Assembly: GCA_963708335.1 (NCBI GenBank)
Contig: OY970205.1
Coordinates: 1,756,676-1,820,675 of the forward strand
Direction of reading: 5' to 3'
Length of the DNA stretch: 64,000 nucleotides
From: an uncultured Acidobacteriaceae bacterium
GTDB lineage: Bacteria > Acidobacteriota > Terriglobia > Terriglobales > Acidobacteriaceae
The notes beneath the pieces were generated by a model. That model made no database searches and was not told the origin of the DNA. It saw only the letters and a program-made list of their open reading frames with translations. A program made the position numbers and the translations under genes. Positions 1-9,448 of the stretch are shown piece after piece; positions within the stretch are counted from its first letter, which is position 1, and the number at the start of each line of letters is the position of its first letter.

Positions 1-2
1 TT

Positions 3-254
3 GTTATTAATGGACTCGAGATAAATCGCGATCGTTTAACAAATCCCTATGTAAGAAAACTCATCGAAAACCTCGCTATTGCTTTGCATCGTTCAGAGCG
101 TTGTGTGCTTCTAAACTCCGGCACGGATGTCGTAGAAAAAGCCATCGACAGAATTGCCAGTTCCATGCCCGCGTCAAACCCGGAAGCTCGTGAGAACTTT
201 CGGCGTTCTGCCATAAAACTGATAAATCGAGATTCTAGCGAAGCAGATTCCTAG
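3..254 (+). CDS. C-terminal end of an unidentified ORF entering from the left edge
   Basis: Frame 3 is open from the window edge to TAG 252-254 (...AIKLINRDSSEADS*). The stretch is visibly AT-richer than the rest of the window. No domain recognised. Confidence 0.3.
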   Translation, partial: VINGLEINRDRLTNPYVRKLIENLAIALHRSERCVLLNSGTDVVEKAIDRIASSMPASNPEARENFRRSAIKLINRDSSEADS

Positions 255-397
255 TCAGAGTTTTGCCTGCCATAAAACAGTGTAGGCAAAATTAGGGTCA
301 GATTTGGGTCAAATACCTGCCGAAAACCGGCCAAAACTGTACCCTTTGACGCAGAGCCAGGCTAAACGAATCAATGAGATAGCACTTCGTTAGCTTC

Positions 398-442
<45 letters not shown>

Positions 443-480
443 TATCTAGTTGGTCCAACCCGGAGACATGGGTTACAGAA

Positions 481-1719
481 TGTACCGGTCACATAGGTAA
501 CACTTTTGGGCCGAACGGATTTTCCAACGGTTCGATGACCCGAGTCTCCAAATCGAAGTATCCCAGATCATAATCCATAAAGCTGACCAGCCAGATATCG
601 TCGTGAACTTCTTTGATGCCGACGGCCTGTCCGGCAAAGACCTGGCTGAAATTGATTTTCTTGTTACCCAGACAGATGCGGCCGCAGCGGGTGACCACGA
701 TGGTCTTGTCGTGGAACGGATAGTCGATGTCGGGCAACCCGGTATCGCAACGGGGCGAAGGTTGATAGACCTCGGCCGGACATTGCATATCCAGAGCTTC
801 GTGGGGACGCTCATGGTTGAAGACCTGAATGAATTTATCAAAGCGCGCTTGCTGCTGCAGGAAGTTGGCGGCGGCCGGTTTGGTGGCTTCTTTCTTCAAG
901 GTGAGATGCATGCGTTCATGACGGCCATTCTGTTGAGGATGGCCAGGCTTGATGCGCTCAATGCCAATACCGAGGCGAAGCCACCAGACGGCGAGTTTGC
1001 TCAGGTTGAATAAAGCGTGCGCGGAAGCAAAGGGCACGCCGTTGTCACTGCGGATGTTGGCCGGCAAGCCACGCTCCTGGAAAAGTCGCTCAAACACCGT
1101 GAAAGCGTAGTCTTCTCGGGTGGAAGAAAGCGCTTCACAAGTAAGTAGAAAACGGCTGGCATGATCGGTGACGGTGAGCGGATAACAGTATTGGCGATTG
1201 CCCAGCAGGAACTCGCCTTTGTAATCGGTACACCAGAGCTCATTGGGACGCTGGCCTAGAGATAAGGGCGTACCTTGCGCACGACGACGCAGGCGACCGC
1301 GCTGCTGGACCAGGCCGTGGCGATCCAGCACGGCATGGATGGTACTTTTGGCGGGGAGGGGAATCTCGGAGAATCTACGGAGCAAACGCTCGCGAATTTT
1401 ACGAGCACCCCAGCTGGGGTGCTCGTGCTTGACGTTCAGAATGTAGTTCTCCACTTGGAACGGAAGTTGGTTGGCGTAGCGATAGGGACGGCGACTGCGG
1501 TCGGTGAGCCCGTGAATGCCGCATTCCTGGTAGCGATCGAAGATTTTATAGCCGGTCTTGCGGGAGATTCCGAACTCCCGGCAAAGTTCCGCCATTGGCT
1601 CGCCGGCTAGCCGGCGAGCCACGAATTTAAGTCTCTCGTCCATGACCGAACACTCCCTCCACGGCATCCACTTTCCTCCCCTGAGAAAAGGGGAAAGTGT
1701 AACCTATGTGTCCGGTACG
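481..1719 (-). mobile_element. IS481-family insertion sequence
   Basis: 23-nt imperfect terminal inverted repeats: TGTACCGGTCACATAGGTAACAC (481-503) matches the reverse complement of 1697-1719 at 20/23. They enclose a single DDE transposase ORF. Confidence 0.8.
489..1667 (-). CDS. IS481-family DDE transposase (HTH + rve integrase core)
   Basis: 392 aa. N-terminal HTH (ELCREFGISRKTGYKIF ... GLTDRSRRP). DDE-type core (WCTDYKG ... IRSDNGVPF ... QQNGRHERMH). Confidence 0.85.
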   Translation of the reverse strand: MPWRECSVMDERLKFVARRLAGEPMAELCREFGISRKTGYKIFDRYQECGIHGLTDRSRRPYRYANQLPFQVENYILNVKHEHPSWGARKIRERLLRRFSEIPLPAKSTIHAVLDRHGLVQQRGRLRRRAQGTPLSLGQRPNELWCTDYKGEFLLGNRQYCYPLTVTDHASRFLLTCEALSSTREDYAFTVFERLFQERGLPANIRSDNGVPFASAHALFNLSKLAVWWLRLGIGIERIKPGHPQQNGRHERMHLTLKKEATKPAAANFLQQQARFDKFIQVFNHERPHEALDMQCPAEVYQPSPRCDTGLPDIDYPFHDKTIVVTRCGRICLGNKKINFSQVFAGQAVGIKEVHDDIWLVSFMDYDLGYFDLETRVIEPLENPFGPKVLPM

Positions 1720-1925
1720 ATCTGTTACCTATGTCTCGGGTCGCTCAGTTGATTCGGTTGACTCAATTCTCGCGTCAACATATTCTCGATCGATTAGCAA
1801 AGACCTCTTGAGAGACCTCAGTGTGAGGACGAAAACTCGTCGTTGTGCTTCTGCAGTCCCCTCCGCATACACGTAGTGTGCGTCCGAATCAATCCGTGCT
1901 GACTTTGGCGAGCCCACTTCAGAGC

Positions 1926-2471
1926 CTATTTTGCGGGGACGACTTGCAGATTGTTGGTCACCGAAAAGATTCCGGGGACGCTGTTGGCGCGAAGGGTGAC
2001 CATGTTCTTGTCCGCTTCGCTGTCCACGACGCCCTCCAAGGTAACCTGACCGTTCTTCACGATGATGCGGATGGGCTTCTGCACGACGAGCGCGTATTTC
2101 TCTAGCGGAGGGTAGCCGTAAATGGCGCGGTAAAGAGCAAGGCGCAAACCATCGTCCATGGAGGACGGCGGTAGGACCTCGATCTTGTTTTCGACGCGCT
2201 CCACGCCTTCAATGCGTTTGACTGCATTCTCGGCGTCGGACTTGAGTGACGGCCGGACGACTTGGCCCATCAATGTTACAGTGCCTCCATCGACCTTGAA
2301 GGCGATGTAGTCGAAAACTCCGAACCAGGGAAGCATCAGCAATTCGTGGCGAACCTCTCGTGCAATCCGCTCCTGAGAGCGTGCATCGGCTTGCGCCGCC
2401 GCGTTCTGGTTGACTGCTACTGCGGTCAGTATGGCTAGACTGATGGCGAGTGCTAACAACCTGTGTTTCAT
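1926..2471 (-). CDS. secreted BON-domain (OsmY-like) protein, two BON repeats
   Basis: Signal peptide MKHRLLALAISLAILTAVA. Two BON-like units (FKVDGGTVTLMGQV...AENAVKRIEGVERVENKIEV; VKNGQVTLEGVV...VTNNLQV). Confidence 0.75.
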   Translation of the reverse strand: MKHRLLALAISLAILTAVAVNQNAAAQADARSQERIAREVRHELLMLPWFGVFDYIAFKVDGGTVTLMGQVVRPSLKSDAENAVKRIEGVERVENKIEVLPPSSMDDGLRLALYRAIYGYPPLEKYALVVQKPIRIIVKNGQVTLEGVVDSEADKNMVTLRANSVPGIFSVTNNLQVVPAK

Positions 2472-2602
2472 ATCGGCTCTCCTTGCCGGACAATCTCGCT
2501 AAGAACTTCTTTGTTTTCGACAAATGGCGGACGCAACGGGAAGTATCAATGTTCCTAACGGCTCTTGCTACTGCCCCTTGCCACCTGGCTAGACGTATGG
2601 CG

Positions 2603-2917
2603 TTATTGCTGTGGAACCTGCACCTGAATGATGTGCAGGTCACCTGTATCGGGATCAACAGCCACAATCACCGCCACGTGTTGATCTTCGTAATCCTGCA
2701 AAGCGGAGGGGTTGTTGACCCTGTACTTCTTGCTGTCCTCGTCGTTGGTAAAGGTCTTGCCGTCGGAGCTCACTTTGCCAGACATGTTCTTATTGTTCTT
2801 GGCATTGGCCTGGTTCTGCTGAGTTTGATTGTCATTCTGCTTGGTCGCGTCCTGAGCCACGGCCATGATTGGCAGGGACAGGGCGAGAACCGCCACGCTT
2901 ACCACTAAGGTCTTCAT
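2603..2917 (-). CDS. small secreted Asn/Gln-rich hypothetical protein
   Basis: Signal peptide MKTLVVSVAVLALSLPIMAVAQ. Lies directly upstream of, and co-directional with, the BON gene. Start at 2917 or 2926. Confidence 0.5.
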   Translation of the reverse strand: MKTLVVSVAVLALSLPIMAVAQDATKQNDNQTQQNQANAKNNKNMSGKVSSDGKTFTNDEDSKKYRVNNPSALQDYEDQHVAVIVAVDPDTGDLHIIQVQVPQQ

Positions 2918-3235
2918 GATAGGCACTCCTTTTTGCGCCCGGTTGGAATTAGCAACGCGAGCTCACCTTTAAGCGCCAGACTACTTTTGATAGGTGGTGA
3001 GCACAATTCCTCGCAGGAATGAGAGAGGATTGCGACTTTCGACGTAAGGATTTTCAGCGTCGGCTGGCTAGCCCTGCCAGTTGCCCCATTGCGGACGAGA
3101 CCGTGGCCGACAAAAGGCTGTTGAACGTCGCCGTCAAGAAAATTGTAATTGCCGGTCGCGGACGCTCCACCTGAACTGATCAGCCAATCGAATGTTCGGT
3201 CGATCGTCGCAGATCAGGCCGTGTCCGTTAGCTCA

Positions 3236-3267
3236 CCTACCTCTAAAGTCTTATAAGCCTTTCACGC
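3236..3267 (+). promoter_or_regulatory. shared upstream motif, copy A (CCTAC-N5-AAGTCTTATA-N2-CCTTT-N1-ACGC)
   Basis: About 60 nt upstream of the VWFA gene start. Near-identical to the minus-strand motif at 19621-19655 and related to 8399-8428. Confidence 0.35.
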
Positions 3268-3327
3268 TCACGAAGAATTGTTATTACTAGCGGCCCTGCC
3301 TACGATGATTTCCTGGAGACAGAGTCG

Positions 3328-4449
3328 ATGTGCCAGGGGTCTATGCGATTAAAACAAACCTGCCAATTGGCAATCGTGTTCTTTCTAATGCCGGTGGTTG
3401 TCGCAACGATCGCTCAAAGTGCGAGCAAGAAGGAAAATCAACCGAAAAACGGAGGACAAGTCCAGATTCCGAATCGGCCCACCTCTCCTTTATTCAGCAG
3501 CACCCAAGGCAAGGAGAAAACGGAGATCCGTTTCGACCCTGCGACTGGCATGGTCACGCTGAAGCTGTTGGTGCAGGATCCGAACGGATACTTCATTCCC
3601 AATCTTCGGCGCGACAATTTTGTTGTCTATGAAAACGGAGTCAGGCAGCAGAACGCGACGGTCGACATCGAGCACGCGCCCGTGACCTTGGCGGTACTCA
3701 TGGAATTCGGGGGGCGGGCTCCCGGGGTGAACCGCCAAATGGGCGACGAGGTGGCCAGAGCGGCGCAGGAGTTACTGGATGAACTCGGGCCGGACGATAA
3801 AGTGACGTTCTGGAAATATAGCGACCAGGTTCAAAAGCTGGCCGACGCAAATCAAAGCCGCGACGAGGTTAAGACTGAACTGATCACGATGGGGGCTCCG
3901 GCAGTCTCCGAGACTAACCTGTACGACGCGATCATAGCGACGGTAGCGGAAATGAGGCCAGTGAGGGGTCGAAAGGCAATCGTTCTGATCACTTCGGGTA
4001 TCGACACTTTCAGCAAAGCTCACTATGAGGACGCGCGGAAAGCCGCCGAGGAATCCGATGCGCCAATCTACGTTATTAGCCTGACTCAAGTACTTCGCCA
4101 GATTATGCACATGCAGGATCGCCCGCTCGTGAATGTAGATTGGGGCAAGCTGGAGCACCAGCTTCAGGAGATTGCTCGTATATCCGGTGGACGTGCTTAC
4201 ACTGCGTCGAACACGATCCAGTTGTCTCCGGTTTACGACGACGTGATGGAGAATCTCAAGCTTCGATATGTGATCACGTACAAGTCGTCCAACAATGTCG
4301 ATGCGAATTCCCCGCGGTCAGTTCGCGTTGAGCTAGTGGATCCACAAACCGGGGGGCCGCTTGTAATTCGGGACGCCAATGGCCGAATTGTTCGTGCCAG
4401 CGTGATTCTCCAGGAAAATTATGTGCCGAGCGCGGCAACCGGTCACTAA
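3328..4449 (+). CDS. VWFA-related acidobacterial-type von Willebrand factor A domain protein
   Basis: Signal/anchor region. N-terminal beta-sandwich-like segment (VTLKLLVQDPNGYFIPNLRRDNFVVYENGVRQ), then a VWA-like core (LAVLMEFGG ... AIVLITSGIDT). The layout is typical of TIGR03436 proteins. Confidence 0.65.
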   Translation: MCQGSMRLKQTCQLAIVFFLMPVVVATIAQSASKKENQPKNGGQVQIPNRPTSPLFSSTQGKEKTEIRFDPATGMVTLKLLVQDPNGYFIPNLRRDNFVVYENGVRQQNATVDIEHAPVTLAVLMEFGGRAPGVNRQMGDEVARAAQELLDELGPDDKVTFWKYSDQVQKLADANQSRDEVKTELITMGAPAVSETNLYDAIIATVAEMRPVRGRKAIVLITSGIDTFSKAHYEDARKAAEESDAPIYVISLTQVLRQIMHMQDRPLVNVDWGKLEHQLQEIARISGGRAYTASNTIQLSPVYDDVMENLKLRYVITYKSSNNVDANSPRSVRVELVDPQTGGPLVIRDANGRIVRASVILQENYVPSAATGH

Positions 4450-4673
4450 AACTAGTGTCAAAAGTGATGTGGTGGCTGTGCCCGGCGAGATCGATCTCCT
4501 TTACCTGTTTTTGTGCGCTGTCGAATGTCGCAATCGAGGCAGCACCGATGCGGTTTGGGATTTGTTGGGAGCGCTGACGTCCTCAGATGCGGCAACCCAA
4601 ACCGTAGCTCGCGTTCTCCTGAATAGTTGCTAACATCTGAGTAGTTACTCCGGTATTCTCCGCCGGCGCAGCC

Positions 4674-6143
4674 ATGACGGGTGCATACGATCCACTGCAG
4701 GTCGCGCTCTCGGTCCTCATTGCGGTGTCCGCTTCCTACGCAGCTCTCGATCTCGCCGGACGGGTGACCGCGGCGAGCGGTCGAGCACGACTGGCCTGGT
4801 TGATCGGCGGAAGCACGGCGATGGGCATTGGCATCTGGGCAATGCACTACATCGGGATGCTGGCCTTCCACTTGCCTATCCCGGTGCAATACGATTGGCC
4901 CACGGTTCTGGTGTCGCTCCTGGCTGGAGTGTTGTGTTCTGGTTTCGCGTTGCTGGTGGTGAGCCGAAAAAAGATGGGTGCCACCTATCTTTTCGCAGGT
5001 AGCGCCGTTCTGGGTTGCGGCATTGCAGCACTGCACTATATCGGCATGGCCGCGATGCGCTTGCCCGCCGAGTGCCGGTTCAACTTTGGTTTGGTGGTGC
5101 TCTCTATCGTACTGGCAATCTTATTTTCTTTTGCGGCGTTGTGGCTCGCTTTTTATTTTCGAGACGAGACCGAGGGCATGGTCTGGCGCAAGATTGGTAG
5201 CGCTGCGGTCATGGGCACTGCAATCTCGGCGATGCACTATACAGGTATGGCTGCGGCTAGATTTGCCCCCTCGGAATCGAACCCAGACTTGGCAAACGCA
5301 GTGAGCGTCTCTACTCTGGGAACCGCTGGGATTGGTGTCGTTGTCCTGATCCTTCTCGGAGTGTCCGTGTTAACGTGCGCGCTGGATCGCCGATTCTCCT
5401 CTCAGAGTCTGGAACTGGCTTTGGCGGAAGCCAAGGCGGAACTGGGACACCTGACCCGGGTCGCAACGCTGGGTGAATTGGCGGCTTCCATTGCCCATGA
5501 GATCAATCAGCCGCTGGGAGCAATTGTCAGTTATGGAAGTGCTGCTCTACGTTGGTTATCTACACAGCCGCCGAATCTCGATCAGACGCGCCAGGCCGTA
5601 TCCCGTGCGATTCAGGAAGCCAATCGCGCAAGTGAGGTGATTGCAAAGATTCGAGCTCTGCTAGCAAAAGCGCCGCCGGAGAAGACGCTGGTTGACATTA
5701 ATAAGGTCATTGTTCAGGCGTTGTCGTTGCTTCGTTCCGAGCTTAGGAAAAGTGATGTCAGGCTGCGCACGGAACTGGCGCCCGACCTTCCACCGGTGCC
5801 GAGTGATTCCGCGCAATTGCAGCAACTCGTGCTGAATCTGGTCATAAACGCGGTGGAGGCGATGAGCGCAATCACCGACCGCCCGCGCGAGTTAATCATC
5901 CGGTCGACCAAGGACCCGCATGGTGTGCGCGTGGAGGTGGAAGATTCAGGCAAAGGCATGGATCGTCAGCAAGCCGAACGCATTTTCGAACCTTTTTTTA
6001 CAACCAAGCCGGCTGGGATCGGAATGGGATTGGCCATCAGTCGCTCGATTGTTGAGGCGCATGGTGGACGGTTGTGGGTTACCTCCAAAGCTTCCCACGG
6101 AGCAATCTTTCAATTCACATTGTCGGTGGTGGCGAATGATTGA
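4674..6143 (+). CDS. MHYT-domain membrane sensor histidine kinase
   Basis: Three MHYT-type motifs (MHYIGM, LHYIGM, MHYTGM) in a multi-TM N-terminus. H-box ASIAHEINQPL. HATPase_c motifs (NLVINAVEAM, DSGKGM, GIGMGLAISRSIVEAHGG). Confidence 0.85.
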   Translation: MTGAYDPLQVALSVLIAVSASYAALDLAGRVTAASGRARLAWLIGGSTAMGIGIWAMHYIGMLAFHLPIPVQYDWPTVLVSLLAGVLCSGFALLVVSRKKMGATYLFAGSAVLGCGIAALHYIGMAAMRLPAECRFNFGLVVLSIVLAILFSFAALWLAFYFRDETEGMVWRKIGSAAVMGTAISAMHYTGMAAARFAPSESNPDLANAVSVSTLGTAGIGVVVLILLGVSVLTCALDRRFSSQSLELALAEAKAELGHLTRVATLGELAASIAHEINQPLGAIVSYGSAALRWLSTQPPNLDQTRQAVSRAIQEANRASEVIAKIRALLAKAPPEKTLVDINKVIVQALSLLRSELRKSDVRLRTELAPDLPPVPSDSAQLQQLVLNLVINAVEAMSAITDRPRELIIRSTKDPHGVRVEVEDSGKGMDRQQAERIFEPFFTTKPAGIGMGLAISRSIVEAHGGRLWVTSKASHGAIFQFTLSVVAND

Positions 6144-6768
6144 GCCCAAGCCCACGGTATTTGTCATCGATGACGATGCAGCGATTCGCGATGCGCTTCA
6201 GAGTCTGATTTCCTCGATGAAATTGCACGTCGAGCTCTTCGGCTCTGCTGCCGAGTTTTTGCAGCGAGAACGACCGGATGTGCCCAGCTGTCTTGTTCTC
6301 GATGTAAGGTTGCCAGGGATCAGCGGGCTCGACTTTCAGAGGAAGTTGACCGAAGTGAACCATTCCATTCCCGTGATCTTCATAACGGGCCACGGCGACA
6401 TTCCCATGTCGGTTCGCGCTATGAAGGCTGGAGCGGTCGAGTTTTTGACGAAACCATTCCGCGATCAGGATCTACTCGATGCCATACACGTTGCGTTGGA
6501 GAGGGATCGCGCCAGAAGACAACAGGAATCAGAAATGATAGTACTGCGGGAAAGGTTCGAATCTCTGACGCCGCGTGAGCAGGAAGTGTTGCCGCTGGTA
6601 GTCTCGGGGCGCCTGAACAAACAGATTGCCGCCGAACTGGGGACGAGTGAAATCACGGTGAAGGTACACCGTGCCAGCGTGATGAGAAAGATGCAAGCGG
6701 ACTCTCTGCCCGACCTCGTGAAAATGGCCGTTCGGCTAGGTCTCCTCACGAACCATTCGAAACTCTAG
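6136..6768 (+). CDS. FixJ/LuxR-family response regulator (REC + LuxR HTH)
   Basis: ATG at 6136 overlaps the kinase stop (ATGATTGA). REC motifs VFVIDDD ... LVLDVRLPG ... TKPF. LuxR HTH: LTPREQEVLPLVVSGRLNKQIAAELGTSEITVKVHR. The 5920 start in the ORF track is an upstream frame extension. Confidence 0.85.
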   Translation: MIEPKPTVFVIDDDAAIRDALQSLISSMKLHVELFGSAAEFLQRERPDVPSCLVLDVRLPGISGLDFQRKLTEVNHSIPVIFITGHGDIPMSVRAMKAGAVEFLTKPFRDQDLLDAIHVALERDRARRQQESEMIVLRERFESLTPREQEVLPLVVSGRLNKQIAAELGTSEITVKVHRASVMRKMQADSLPDLVKMAVRLGLLTNHSKL

Positions 6769-6921
6769 TTCCTTAATGGCCGTTCCCTATGCCTGAGTAT
6801 AGTGACGGCAGTCTCAAGGAATAGTTGCTCTCCTCTCTACGGTTATTCCACCCTTCCAAACGCACAATAGATTTGCCCGTTTCACGGCTGATAGCTTCGC
6901 GATTGAAGCCGTGAGGGTAAG

Positions 6922-7311
6922 TTGACAGACTTTGTTATTTCCGTGGTCGACGACGATGAATTTGGCCGGAAGGCTATTTGCAGGCTCCTGGTCGCGTTGG
7001 GTTTCCACGTCGAGTCCTGGGCAACGGCAGAAGACTATCTGAAGAGTCACTCGATGTGGCCCACTTCATGCCTGGTGCTGGACGTACAGCTTCGTGGCAT
7101 GAGTGGACTTGAGCTACAGCGCCAGTTGTTGGAGAAGCGTCACCGGATTCCGATCATTTTTGTCAGTGCTTCGGAGGATCGATGGATGCGAAAAGCGGCG
7201 CTTGCGGCTGGGGCAGTCGACTATCTTCAAAAGCCAGTTTCTGAGGAGGCGTTACTCAAAGGAATCCGTTCGGCCCTGAACCTCAGCGAATCGGAAGGAC
7301 CGGGCTCGTGA
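6922..7311 (+). CDS. stand-alone receiver-domain protein (single-domain response regulator)
   Basis: 129 aa, TTG start. ISVVDDDE ... LVLDVQLRGMSG ... QKPV. No output domain. Confidence 0.75.
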   Translation: MTDFVISVVDDDEFGRKAICRLLVALGFHVESWATAEDYLKSHSMWPTSCLVLDVQLRGMSGLELQRQLLEKRHRIPIIFVSASEDRWMRKAALAAGAVDYLQKPVSEEALLKGIRSALNLSESEGPGS

Positions 7312-7607
7312 CTACCCTGGAGCGGGAATTGCGGAACCTGGTTCCAACCACGAAAGATCCTCCGTGGCAAAAGCTGTGTCTTTCGGCGAGGTTGGAACTG
7401 CATCCCGGTCGACTCAACAAGAGACTCGAGAGTGCCCGCTCCGCAATTCAGCACCGCATGAACGCGTTAGGCGCCAGGTACGATGGTGCGCCGACGGCGG
7501 AACACCATGCCCTGGCCGATGCCATCGATCGATTGCGAATGCGCAAAGCCCAAGAGTCAGGCAAGCGAGGCCATTGGGGGAGGAGTTTGTCGATGTGCTT
7601 TACCTGA
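7308..7607 (+). CDS. hypothetical protein
   Basis: 99-aa ORF whose GTG overlaps the preceding stop (GTGA). No domain recognised. Confidence 0.3.
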   Translation: MTTLERELRNLVPTTKDPPWQKLCLSARLELHPGRLNKRLESARSAIQHRMNALGARYDGAPTAEHHALADAIDRLRMRKAQESGKRGHWGRSLSMCFT

Positions 7608-7760
7608 AACTGGTCGCGTTCCTGGGGGACCTGACGAATTGATTGTGATCTGACGATGTCGCGACCTTCACAGGGGGACTTGACGGTTCTTCCCTCAAAG
7701 AACCCGAAAGCCCTCTGCCTGAAGTTTGCGACGAGCCTCTGCCCCGATTGGGTCACCTCT

Positions 7761-8279
7761 TTACGCAGAGGGTGGAAAGTGCTCAAACATCTTCTCCACT
7801 GATTTATTGAGATCCTTCATGGCTTTGTCCGGCTTGTCAGGGAGGGTGTCGGTGGCTGATCCTCGCCAAATGAGTCTTTTGCTTCTGCTATCGAACATGT
7901 CGATGACCAGGGTCCCGACCTCATAGTTATCGACGTAAGTTGTCGACTCACCGAAGCCACCCCACCACCATCCCGGAAATGAATCGTAAAACGTTCGCAG
8001 TAACGGTCTTTCGTGGGTAGTGCCGATTGCCATAATCGTTACGTCTCCATCCGCCGGAACTTCCGTCCATCCTTTCTTTGCCAGCTCTCTGTTTACCGCC
8101 TCCTGAATGCGATCGTCCCAGAGAGGGTTCTGGGTCTCGACCTTGCCCCACGAGTAGGTCTTGTATTGCGAGAAATTTGCGTGGTGGTCATAGTCGGTCC
8201 TGATGTCGCGGGAAAATGCGGGGAAAGTTATGGCTAGCAGGACCGCTACAAGCAGCAAAAAACGGACTTGGACCTTCAT
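7761..8279 (-). CDS. DUF4136-like lipoprotein/secreted protein
   Basis: ATG at 8279 preceded by an AAGGAGAG RBS. Signal peptide MKVQVRFLLLVAVLLAITFPAFS. FSQYKTYSW ... Trp/Gly patch PGWWWGGFG ... GTLVIDMFD. Same layout as 51402-51980. Confidence 0.65.
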   Translation of the reverse strand: MKVQVRFLLLVAVLLAITFPAFSRDIRTDYDHHANFSQYKTYSWGKVETQNPLWDDRIQEAVNRELAKKGWTEVPADGDVTIMAIGTTHERPLLRTFYDSFPGWWWGGFGESTTYVDNYEVGTLVIDMFDSRSKRLIWRGSATDTLPDKPDKAMKDLNKSVEKMFEHFPPSA

Positions 8280-8398
8280 ATTCTCTCCTTCGTATTGATC
8301 TCTCTCGCACAGGATGTTAGCGATCAGACGTGCTGGTGCCAATTCCTCGGGAGGACGAACGGGGATTCCGAAACAACGCTAAGAGCCGAGTCAATCTC

Positions 8399-8428
8399 GC
8401 GTTAGAGATCTTTATAAGACTGTAGCGG
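8399..8428 (-). promoter_or_regulatory. shared upstream motif, copy B (GCTAC-AGTCTTATAA...TAACGC)
   Basis: On the minus strand about 120 nt upstream of the DUF4136 start. Shares the AGTCTTATA core and the TAACGC tail with copies A and C. Confidence 0.25.
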
Positions 8429-8702
8429 TAATAGTCGTTCGCATCTGCGGATTACCAGAAGATCTTCTCGCTTGCCAGTGGTCCCTTACAGCCAAAGTCC
8501 TACAGAGCCTTCGGACTAGCGGAGTAAGAGCCCCTACATGCCCTCTCCGAGGTCCGGTTCCGCCTCCTGACGAATTGTTTAAGGATCGCCCTGTCACTAC
8601 CATCGCGAATGAGAAAAGCACTTGTGCAGCGCCAAAGGCGCTGAAGCGACACGGTGCAAGACTTTTGAAGCTACGGATAAACAGATGTAAAGGAGAACCA
8701 GC

Positions 8703-9368
8703 ATGGCAACCGCAACACTCATACACACGGACGAAGAAATTCAGAAAGACGTGCTCGCTGAACTGAAGTGGGATGCTCAGGTCCAGCCCAACGAGATTGG
8801 TGTTTCCGTCAAGGACGGAGTGGTTATGCTCACCGGATGGGTGGATTCATTTCTTAAGAAATGGGCTGCCGAAGACGCCGCACACCGGGTTGCGGGCGTA
8901 AAGGCTGTGGCCAACGACATTGAAGTGAAACTGTTCAGCGAGCGCACGGACGCGGACATTGCCGAGGCTGCGATCCGTGCGCTGCAATGGGATGCCTCGG
9001 TGCCGGCGGACAAGATTCAGGTCACGGTCTCCAAAGGCTGGGTCACGCTGAAGGGCGAGGTGAATTGGAACTTCGAGAAACAGGATGCCGAACGCGTGGT
9101 GAGACGTCTGACCGGGGTGAAGGGGGTGAGCAATCTCATTACGGTGAAGCCGAGCACAACGCCGTCAGAACTGAAAAAGAGGATCGAGGATGCGCTGGTC
9201 CGCAACGCCAAGGTCGATGCCAACAAGATCACCGTTGAGGTCCAGGGCAGCAAGGCCATTCTGAAGGGAACCGTCCGCGCGTGGGTTGAGAAGGAAGAGG
9301 CGGAGCGGGTGGCGTGGCTGGCGCCGGGAGTCACCTCGGTGGAAAACCGGATTACGGTTGACGTTTAG
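8703..9368 (+). CDS. BON-domain protein (three BON repeats), no signal peptide
   Basis: Three repeats of the pattern V.V.V.(D/K)G.V.L.G.V......AE.....(G)V..V.N.I.V. Confidence 0.75.
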   Translation: MATATLIHTDEEIQKDVLAELKWDAQVQPNEIGVSVKDGVVMLTGWVDSFLKKWAAEDAAHRVAGVKAVANDIEVKLFSERTDADIAEAAIRALQWDASVPADKIQVTVSKGWVTLKGEVNWNFEKQDAERVVRRLTGVKGVSNLITVKPSTTPSELKKRIEDALVRNAKVDANKITVEVQGSKAILKGTVRAWVEKEEAERVAWLAPGVTSVENRITVDV

Positions 9369-9403
9369 CGAGGTTGAGACTTGCGAAGTTGGATCGGCGG
9401 TTC

Positions 9404-9425
9404 GGGGCGGAGACCGGTCCGCCCC
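9404..9425 (+). terminator. GC-rich hairpin downstream of the BON gene
   Basis: GGGGCGGA-GACCGG-TCCGCCCC, a perfect 8-bp stem 36 nt after the stop. No T-run. Confidence 0.35.
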
Positions 9426-9448
9426 AGTTGTGATCGAGTTTAGGAGCC

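Noticed and set aside
2951-2999. GCTCACC ... GGTGAGC inverted repeat in the 2927-3327 intergenic region
   Set aside because: The stem is 7 bp with a loop of about 35 nt. It is not distinguishable from chance.
5920-6135. Upstream extension of the response-regulator ORF (track start 5920)
   Set aside because: The extension overlaps the kinase C-terminus in another frame and has an implausible Trp/Arg/Cys-rich sequence. The REC domain begins right after ATG 6136.
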